From Catajapyx aquilonaris (Eukaryota), in contig KZ539126.1 in NCBI GenBank assembly GCA_000934665.2, positions 1 to 32,727 on the forward strand: a stretch of DNA of 32,727 nt, in the 5' to 3' direction. Position 1 is the stretch's first letter. Each line of letters opens with the position of its first letter. Of this stretch, positions 23,738 to 32,727 are shown one piece after another. The translations under genes were made by a program, and so were the position numbers. Under the pieces are notes generated by a model, which had not been told where the DNA came from, searched no databases, and was given only the letters and a program-made list of their open reading frames with translations.

Positions 23738-26700
23738 TTAACACCACCTGAAGGGCACCGCCCTTGGCCTGTCTGCACCTTCTTTTACCAACGGCTTGTG
23801 GAACTCCCTCCCAGGCCGCGAGTGGATTGTGGCCCAGCAGTGCTCACAGTAGTACTGGAAATACACAGGCAAAAGTGATGGGTCAGTCATCTGGTGGCCT
23901 TGCACGTGAAGAGCCATTTTAAACTGACCTGCAGGCACGTGACATTTGCACAGAAGAAGGGAGCAAACTTCCCCCCGCAGCGCTGGCCCTGGCATTCATC
24001 ACACATCTGGTCATCCAGCACATACGGCTTCACCTCAACCTGAAACAAATGAGGGCTAGTGTCACGCACATAACTGACAAATCTCCTCGTTACTTAAGTA
24101 ACAGCAGCAAGCATCAAACATGCAGTTTCCATGATTTGGCGAAATGGTGGGCCGATGGTATAAGACAAAAAAACGCCAGGATATTGCTGCCTTGCCAGTT
24201 GCACGGCTGCTTAATGAAGCTGAATAAGAACAGTGGCAGGCAATTTCTAGACACAGTATTCAGCCTAACTTATCCTGCAAAAATCAAACAGGATTACTGC
24301 GTGTACAAGAGATAAACTGCTGCTAAAATGTACAGCTTCAACAAGATGTTTGAGAGCAACCAACGATTCTTTTTCCACCAGAATTATCATCACAACAGCA
24401 GTCAGGCAGTATCAGTGCCAATGTTCTAAACAGTGCAATCAGCAATGGACAATACATGAAAATCTGACATCCTCTGCACGAACATCAACCATATATCTTT
24501 TGATCAATATCTGTCTAAAAATGAACAATTGGCATCTCAAAATATCAACCACAATCTACCACTGCTGGAAAATAATAACAACAATTACATAACCTTCCTT
24601 GCATCTCCTGTCTTGATTTAAATTGGGAAAAATGGCAAGACTGAGAACTTGAAGTGCCTATTTTCACAAACCCCAAACCAAGGGGGTAGTCACTCCTCAA
24701 GAAAGTGTACACCGGTTCTCTTATATTGTTGCTCTCCGCGGCTCTCTGGCTCGCCTTGGCCCTCCGCGGCTCTCTCCAGATCTCCGCGGTATTGGTGAGC
24801 CAGTAAGACCATGGGTGAGCCGGTGTATACTCACTGATGAGCATGTTGGTGAGCGGGGAGGGCCGAGGAGAGCCGCGGAGAGACGGGGTGAGCCGAGGAG
24901 GCCGCCGAAGGCAAAGTACATCATATGATGAGGAATGATGAGGAACAAAGGCACGTTTTGCCCCGGCTCTCCGTGGCCCACCCTGGCTCACCAGTGAAGG
25001 TGGACACCGGATCTCCGAAGTGACTACCCCTTTGCCCCAAACCTATTGAATAACAGCAAGTTTCACTTTTTCATCTGACACTATTACACAGTATATCTGT
25101 GATATATCCAGTATTGTACAATTGCAGGTTCAGTTTACAGAGTGGAAAGCAGTGTGAAAAAAGGGGATCGGAGTGACTGCTGGTGTCAAGATGCCTATTG
25201 TTACTATTGTTTTGATTCGAATCAATTTTCCAACCTGTGAGCATCATTTCAGTGAAATTAATGTCACGTGATGTGAGTAAGGTGTGTAGCATCATAGGTT
25301 GCAATATACCCTTGGCATCTCCTTTCAAAGAATGTATGGTAGATTCACATAAACAAGTACGTGCAGACATACAGGGGGTATTCAAAATGAGACCGAATTT
25401 TTAACTAGTGCACAGTGGAAAAAATCGCGAAATTCATGGTCAGAGTTCCAATTTGGCAACCTTGTAATGTCCAGTTCAAACATACTTAGGCACATCTAAA
25501 AATAACCAGAGCAACATGTGGTGCAATTGTTGGAGCTTGGATTTGAACCGGACAGCCATAGGGTACGGTTCAAAGTGGGCTTGTTCTCGCGACAGTAGAA
25601 GTGTGTTGATCAACTTTGCCCGTTGTTTAAGATTGTGCTGCTTTTTCCCTATTGGAAATGTCCAGCAACATAACTAATTTTTACGCCATCGAGTAATTGG
25701 AAATGTGTAGTTTCACTGTTGATAAATGGTTTTATCATCATGTAAATGATATGCCCATTATTGCTCATGTTAGAGAATGATGAAAAATATGAATAAGAAC
25801 AAGTGTAGGTCACATTAAATTTTGACCTACAAAGTGGTGCGCGCGCTTGCGCGTCTGTTTTTGAGGTGGAATAACATACTGGTATATGTCACATTCTGTG
25901 CCTAAAAGCTTTTCTTGCGCTTTTTTGCGCGCTACGAGAAACGAGCATTTCTTTAGGAAGATGTGCTATTATAGTTATCTGATTTGATACGATTTTTAAA
26001 ATTGGTTAAACGAGTCCCAAAGACTTAAGTTTTGGCAACTGGCTTTTGGGGACCTTGCTCTTTCACGTGAAACAATTTATCGGTGGTTTCAATAATTCAA
26101 AATAGGAAGAACGTCACTGAAAGACGAGGAGAGAAGTGAGTGTCCGACTCGAGCGCGGCGATCGTAGTGACTAAGGTAAACGTAGCGACTTTTTCGTCAC
26201 TACGATCGTCCGCGTGCTTGAGTAACTCCCAAACACTAAATTCACGCTAATCCAAACATAAATTATTGTTGACCATGAATTTCGCGATTTTGCCCACTGT
26301 GACTGCATCAATCAGCAGAGAGCACAGTGCGGCTACTGAGTGCATCTAGCAACATGTTTTGACACCAAACTGCCACTTGCCCCATTCCCTTATGAGCATT
26401 AGTCTTTGAGCTACATGGGGTTTAAGGACCTACATGGTCTGGAATAACCCCGTTAATATCTGACTAAGTCTTTGAGCTACAACCACTTAAATGAGCCCTT
26501 GAACAAACTGTTTGTCGGATTAGTGACAAGGTGACAATGAAAGAGCTTCAAGAAAACACATGTGTGAAATGTTGCTGCAAATGTGGTCAAATTTTCACAC
26601 ATATTTTAATTGCTTAGCCTAGCATATGGGAGGAAAGGGTCTCCTTGACCAAAAAAATAATGGCATTGCCCAATATGAATTTGTACCACATGGCAAGTTG

Positions 26701-28339
26701 GAAAACAAACCGGAATGTTTTAGTATCAGAGCATTTTTGAGGGATGCTATGCGCAGGAAGAGGTCTGAATTGTGGAAAAACCAGACCTGGATTTTGCACC
26801 ATGACAGAGCACCTGCCTTGTCCGCAGTTATCTGGCAAAACATTATTACATCCATTGTGCCCATCCATCCTATTCTCCGGGCTTAGCCTCCGGATAGTGC
26901 TTAAAATGTTGTAAAATGAGCAAATCAAGTCTTTATAGCAAATGTTCGGTCTTCTTTTGAACACCCCTTGTGTAGTCTATAATGAGACATAAATTCTTTT
27001 GGATTGACTAGACATGCAGAATCCTGTGAAAAGAAGGCAATTATTTACTCACCCTCTTGTCAATGTCTCCATGCTGCAGTTGCACAAACCTGGCGGAGAT
27101 TGCTGCAATGTAGCTCTGCTGGTTGGAGAAGGCTACCCTTCCCGCCCCTTTTGGATACTTGAGCTCTGGGTCTGTGTCAATGCCCGCATAGCACACCCCT
27201 CCATACAGTCTGTCCATGATCATGGCCAGCTCCACTGCCTTCAGGGGGCGAGGGACGCCACCCACAAACACAGTCTTACGAGGGTCCAGGGGCATGGAAG
27301 CATCCAGGACAAAATCAGCATCTGAGAGCCTCCAGGGACGGATCTGCACTGGCTTGTCCTTGATGGTTGGGGACGACACACACAGATACAGCTTGTCGTC
27401 ATCCTGGATACATGCGTCAATCAGCTGCTGCACAGAGCTCTCGTCCTGTCCAGAGAAGGTTTCATGTCAGTAGGGTCAAAAAGAGAATGCCTGCAAACTA
27501 TTCAGTAGCCCATACACTCCCTCTCACAGGTTACTATTACTGCGTGGTCCTGCTGCAATACCACTTGTTAACGCTTACTGTGAATCATATCTTCTCCAGG
27601 AAAATTCTCACGGGTGGTGACAAGCTCAGGTCACATTTCACTGCAACTTCTTTCCTTGCCCCTCATTCAAGATGTTCCTACCAAACTTTTGCCTATCCTA
27701 TCCTACCCTCCAAGAATGAAACTGACACCTGGCAAATGCAACCATTAGTCAATGCATCGAACATCTTTTGTTCTGCATGGGTCAACCCTTTGCTTCCAGC
27801 ACATTCCCCTGGCCCCCCCTGGGCTTGAGTTCACATTATTAGTTGGCATTAAAATGCTAGAGCTGCAACCCTGGTCAATGTGGAAAGGTAATATCATGTA
27901 GCCTTTTTATGGCAAATGGTTAAGTGTGAAAGACACACCGAACTGACCTGGAAGAGGAGGAAGGCATATCCCTTTGGTGGGAAGTAGGACTTGCTCTCAG
28001 CCTTGTGGGGCCAGTCCACTACGAGCGGTCCAAACCTCCTAAAGCTGGCTGTGATCTCCTCCTCGTCAATGTCTGGGGGCAGACCTCCAACAAACACCTT
28101 CCTGGAGTACCTCTCTCCGCCTTCCGAAGCCTGACTTCTAGGGGAGGACCTTGACGGGGAGCTGAGTGGACCCCCACCAACACCCACCACGCCCACACCA
28201 CCCACCACTCCCGGAGGGGGAGGGGGCAGGCCACCTCCACCACCAACCACGCCAACACCCACTTCTCCTGGATGTACCCCTACTCCTTCCTCCAGAAGGC
28301 CAGACTGGTCGTCCAGTCCAGGGAAAAACGCAGACTTTC
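23738..28339 (-). CDS. orb2: Cytoplasmic polyadenylation element-binding protein, Orb2/CPEB2-4 subfamily (RRM1, RRM2, ZZ zinc finger); 5' exons not identified
   Basis: Exons 28339-27948, 27445-27053, 24039-23929 and 23854-23738. The translation ERYSRKVFVGGLPPDIDEEEI..PHKAESKSYFPPKGYAFLLFQ/DESSVQQLIDAC..RFVQLQHGDIDKR/VEVKPYVLDDQMCDEC..CLQ/YYCEHCWATIHSRPGREFHKPLVKEGADRPRAVPFRWC* closely matches the Orb2 C-terminus as I recall it. Tandem stop TAA TGA. Confidence 0.96.
24679..25034. mobile_element. GC-rich MITE with 8-bp TSD (P-element-like; hAT not excluded)
   Basis: 16-bp TIR CAAGGGGGTAGTCACT / AGTGACTACCCCTTTG (1 mismatch) and perfect TSD CCCCAAAC at 24671-24678 and 25035-25042. Internal GGTGAGCC and GGCTCTC subrepeats. 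Confidence 0.85.
25411..26301. mobile_element. Non-autonomous CACAGTG-ended DNA transposon (Chapaev/Transib-like) nested in the mariner
   Basis: 32-bp TIR CACAGTGGAAAAAATCGCGAAATTCATGGTCA (25411-25442) vs 26270-26301, with 2 mismatches. Flanks AGTG / ACTG may be a 4-bp TSD with one change. The superfamily assignment is tentative. Confidence 0.75.
26036..26146 (+). pseudogene. Fragment of a second mariner transposase (N-terminal HTH) inside the CACAGTG element
   Basis: Translates as QLAFGDLALSRETIYRWFQ*FKIGRTSLKDEERSECP, matching the mariner AFGD.A.S..T.YRWF..FK.GR.S..D..RSGRP motif. It contains an in-frame stop. Confidence 0.8.
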
Positions 28340-31300
28340 CTGTAACAAGAAATTGGGGAATTACAATCACATCGCATATTGCCAAAGATCACTCGCTACC
28401 CTGTAGTGCACACTAATGGCAAGAACTTTAATGTACGGAATTAATTATGACCATTAAGGTCTCATCCCCAAATCATGCAAATATAACTTACGTGCTATAT
28501 GAAATGTCCCCATTTGCCAGTGGGATTGTCATTTCCCATTCACAAGAGTGACTTCTGCTAATTTAATTTGTTTATGGGCTCTCCCACCACTCAAATAACA
28601 AATGATGCATGACATGGAGTAGTCCTTTGCTACTTATGACGCCCTCTCATTAGAGATCTGATCTTACTTTATAGAACAGCCTTGACAACCAGGATTTGAA
28701 AATAGCCTTGATGGCAAAACCAGCCATTGTGATCCACTGTGAGAGAGCAACATATCTTATGACACCTCTGGGGTAGGTTATGTCAGTTACAAGAGATGTC
28801 CGGACTAAAATTGACCACAAAACTTGGCCTCTTGTTTAAATCATCGTACAAAAGGATTAATGCATGTTGCAGTAGCCTCTTGCCAAACATATTTCATTTG
28901 CCACGAGCTGCCAATTGATACAAAAAATAATAGCAAATAAAAAGCTAACCAATATTCACAGATGGAAATCATCGCAATTTTACAAACTCATTTAAAAACC
29001 AAGCATGGTATAGCAATACATTAATGAGAACTTTGAAAGTTAAATATCATTTTACAATGTATTCTGCAGCATCTTAAATTATTATTATTATTATTTTTTT
29101 TGCAATGCTGTGCAATCTGCAATGACAGTATCTCCCTTCAGTGAAATCATCAAGCAATAATGATAAGCACTATCATGCATCATTTATGGCCAAAATATAA
29201 AGTGCTTTTTCCCTAAGGATCTGATGTATACTAGATGTGACATCAACAATATGTGCATCATATTGGCATTGAGAAGTGAGCTTCAGTCATGCCTACTTCA
29301 TCGTCACCACTCATCGAGTGTCTTCCGATCTGGCGCAAATTCCCCTACTGATAGTCTTGCATTTGTCTCCACTTCCTTGTAATCTCTGATAACATCCCAA
29401 TGCACATGCAACAATGCCTACAACACATATAAATGCAGCTGTTTTTTTCCAGGAAAAAAGGTGGCGCAGCTTATCAGTATCTGCACTGCAGGAAGGAAAA
29501 ATTTTGCTTGCGAGATGTTTACCCCAGCATATGAATGCTGTGGCATGCCTGTGCCATAAAGACATGCTACATGACAGGGCGTTCCCCACCGAGGCAATTG
29601 TGAGAGGGCATATCGCAGCAATGTAAGTGCCAAATCGCACCAGCATCACTGGCAACAAATCAGTTTCCCTTGCCAGCCAGCAAATTGCAGCAAGTGCAAA
29701 ATTCCTGCACACGGGCCAGCCATTAACGATGCCGGCAGATGATTATAATTTCTGGATTACTCCAAAAGCCCATGGGGTCACGCAATGTTTGCCTTCACAG
29801 CGGTATCCAGAGTGAGGTGCCAAGGGGATGGATTTACATTTATTTGATTCTGTCCTCCCACCCTCCCATCTCCCCCTCCAACCTCACATGAACAGGTCCC
29901 CCAACTCCATGGTTTCTAGCGTGTGCCACTACTGCAGTTCAATCAATAGACAGTTGGCTCAGACGGGAACATTCTGACAGAATAACCAACCATACAGACA
30001 TATATCCATTTTTACCCACACTGCCCTTCCTCCCCTTTCCCCCCATTTGCCCTTAACCCCTTCACAACCCCTACCCTCCAGCCTCTCCTCCTACACCAAG
30101 TAAGACAACACTCCACCTTCCTGAAGAATTTCACCTTCGATCAGAACATATCTGCAGGGCCCCACATTTACCATTAGTGAAAAGATATCGCCACACGTCC
30201 TTGTGATGTTTATCGTCTCTCGTGTACATTTATGGTCTGAACGCGAATCAGTCAACAATGAGCTGCTTTGGAAATTCCAAGCAGCATAATAAAAATGTCG
30301 GCAAAGGAAGCTGCAATTTAGCTGCACCTTCCAACTGGGAGAGGTGTCGTCAAACACGCAAGCAGTGTGGGTGCATCTGCAGAAAATGGCTCGCAGCAAT
30401 ACACTCCCTGTCAGCACTGGCGCATGTACTTTGACAACTTCCATGGCATAATATCACTCGCAATATTTCTAGTTGATTTTGTATTTTTTTCTAGTGCCAG
30501 GGGATACAGCAGCTGATTTGTTGCATTGTGTGGCATGAGGTGACAAATTGTGTACTTTCATGTGGACCCACATTACCAGAGGTGGTAATGAGCGGGTGGG
30601 ATGAGGGGGGGCCATCATAATTCCAGGTGGGGGGTCCAGGGGGGATGGGTTTGTTCCTAGTTCAGACCGACCTCCAAACCGAAATCCGACCTTGATAAAT
30701 GTCGATGTGAAGGTCGGACCGACGCCATTGCGCGCAAAAACGGGGGGAGGGGGGAGGGGGGGGNNNNNNNNNNNNNNNNNNNNGGGGGGGGTTGGGGAGA
30801 GAAATGGCACGAGTGACGTCATGCGGCGGTGATGCGCGCCAGATTCAAAGTTTGCAAACTTGCTGCAGACATTCCCAATCGCACATTTGCATGCCAAATT
30901 ATGTGCGTTGATGTGTTGCCCTCTCCCTCCATGCATCCCAACTCAGTGTATACAGTGTGTGTGTGTGTATGTGTGTGCATGGCAGGGGTAGGCAACAGGG
31001 GCGCGCAGGGGCAGGGGTTGCAGTTGCCGGGGAAACGTGGGTGGTTTGTGTGTGTGCCTGTAGTCCGGGTCGATACCAAGCCTGCTCCGGAGCCTGCGAA
31101 CCCAACCTTTTCCCGGGGCCCCCGGATCGATTCCCGGAGCCGGCTGAAGAGTCAAGGGCAAATTACAACCCCCCTCCTCCCCCTCCCCCTCCCAACCACA
31201 CCAAAAAAAAAAAACCCTCTCCATAGCGAAGAGCCTGGCTGCGGATTCTAGCGCCGCAACCAAGCTACTTTTCGCCAAAATAAAAAAAAAATGAAAAAAG

Positions 31301-31486
31301 GCAAGACCTTGCAGACAGTTCTTGGCTACAAGGTGTCACAAGATGGGAGAGAAATACGGGCGGAAGGTAGGGTTCATGAGACACCCGGTGGTCGTCTCTG
31401 ATGCAGGTGCAGGGAGAAACTGATTGGCAAGGGTGGGAGGTCCACTGGAGCCGCAAAACTCGAGCGCTGCTGGACATTTGCACCCA

Positions 31487-31510
31487 CCATCCATCCATCC
31501 ATCCATCCAC
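31487..31510. repeat. (CCAT)n microsatellite
   Basis: Directly visible tandem CCAT units. Confidence 0.8.
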
Positions 31511-32727
31511 CCAACCCATTTGGTGGTGCCGCAGAGACACGGGGCTCCGCTTGCAGTGTTATCTTTGGCGATGGGGGGGAGCGAGAGAGATTGCTGGCTC
31601 TCGCTGAAAAATAAGGGGGGCCAGCACACACGAAATGCAGGAAGGATATGTGCACTGCCCATTTATTACGGGGGAGAGCAAATCCCAGTGCATACGCAGA
31701 AGGCTCCTACAGGGTGACCCAATGGTCTGGGCTACGCTACGTGTCCACACTTTGTGGGCTACCCTGTACTTACACATCCCAAGTTTTCAAATCATTCTTT
31801 TTAAAACGCTCTACAGTATAGTTGTGGTCACCCCCAGCCCTCGACTATCCTTCCTTCTAAGCAATCGGGATTCTTGTCGGCCCACTGGCCATTTGCGGTT
31901 CGCTTTTCAAAGGACGGACCTCCTCTTGTCCTCTGTGTGTGTGGGAGGAAGCTCCTTGTCCCGGATAACACGAAACAATTCCCTTTCAAGAGCCCTCCTT
32001 ATGCCCACGGCCGTAACAACTAACCGGATCCTTTTCCTATAGCCCCTTAGCTCACGGCTCGTTTACCCGCAATGCCCATCATCAAATAGCACTTACAGTA
32101 CCGACCCTTTTAGGCATCGGGCAGGATTATGGCCTATTCCTTAATACTCGTGCCCACACCCCGCTCGGATTTATTTCAACTCGTGCGAAGCAGGTAAAGG
32201 TGCCACGCGTCAAAAATAATTTACGACAGTTGCAGTCTTACAGCAAGGTGAGGTGGAAGGTTTTGATTTTTCCCGACCCTTTCACCTTGATAGTCGAGGG
32301 TCTGAAACCTATACATTAAATCCTCCCCGCTTGATTCCCGAGGCTGAAACTGTGCAACGAAATGCTTCTGCATATGCAGCATCACATGTACACCTGCGCA
32401 GACCGGCCATGACAGGAGCAGTCAGGAAACGGGACAAAAGAGGCATTTATGTAACGTCGCTCCCCACTTGATATTCATTATAACTGTACATTACGTAAGG
32501 TCAGCGGATATTCGCTACATTCGCACAAAGCCGCCACCCACCCACCCACCTCCTCTTGTCGGTGGTCCACCCCATCTCCTCCACATAACACACACCGATA
32601 CACATGCAGTGTATTCTTCTCGAAAAATTTCTAGTCTCGATTCACGAAATAAAGAAAGGAGCAGTGCGTATGGGCATGTATAGGCATATGTGTCTATATT
32701 GATTTGGTAGAGGGGAGGGTTTCTGAA

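Larger units (their letters stand above)
25372..26970 (+). mobile_element. Decayed, internally deleted mariner (Tc1/mariner) element
   Basis: Degenerate TIRs TA|CAGGGGGTATTCAAAATGAGACCGAA and TTCGGTCTTCTTTTGAACACCCCTTG. Transposase remnants: MKELQENTCVKCCCKCG (from 26537) and YEFVPHG..LRDAMRRKRSELWKNQTWILHHDRAPA (26670-26820), matching the mariner HHDNAPAH region. Confidence 0.85.

Noticed and set aside
29885..29935. Candidate short alternative first exon ACCATGGAGTTGGGGGACCTGTTCAT|GTGAGG on the minus strand
   Set aside because: It ends in phase 2, which is incompatible with the phase-1 acceptor at 28339.
31305..31335. Possible 18-nt phase-1 CPEB microexon (tag|CCAAGAACTGTCTGCAAG|gtcttg)
   Set aside because: The phase fits, but the donor is weak and the peptide is unlike the vertebrate CPEB microexon. 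It cannot be supported without RNA data.
24040..32727. HDV-like self-cleaving ribozyme analogous to the mammalian CPEB3 intronic ribozyme
   Set aside because: I looked by eye at the GC-rich patches (24700-25020, 31060-31160) and could not assemble the nested double pseudoknot. An Infernal/RNArobo search would be needed to exclude it properly.
1..32727. CRISPR arrays, tRNA/rRNA genes or prokaryotic systems
   Set aside because: I saw no regularly spaced repeats or structural RNA signatures, and the sequence is clearly eukaryotic.

Overview
Eukaryotic, arthropod-like genomic DNA (spliceosomal introns, TCAGT initiators, microsatellites, small N gaps). I reconstructed five protein-coding genes by hand from splice sites and reading phase. 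(1) The first three exons of a large lipid transfer protein (apolipophorin/ApoLTP-like) on the minus strand, running off the left edge. (2) A complete 7-exon snake/persephone-type (CLIPC) clip-domain serine protease on the plus strand. (3) A complete 6-exon CRAL-TRIO (alpha-TTP/clavesin-like) lipid carrier on the minus strand. (4) An intronless divergent ionotropic receptor on the minus strand. (5) The 3' coding half and an approximately 5.2 kb 3' UTR of an Orb2/CPEB2-4 gene on the minus strand; its upstream exons were not identified. Introns hold several non-autonomous DNA transposons with clear termini: a piggyBac-type MITE nested in a foldback element, a P-like MITE with a perfect 8-bp TSD, and a decayed mariner carrying two nested insertions, one of them a CACAGTG-ended element containing a second mariner fragment. 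I found no clear-cut novel biological system. The most interesting leads are hypotheses: a PrAMP-like Pro/Arg linker in the protease, an elastin-like Gly/Val/Pro tract in CPEB, a CRE-containing promoter-like cluster inside the CPEB locus, and the nested transposon chimera.
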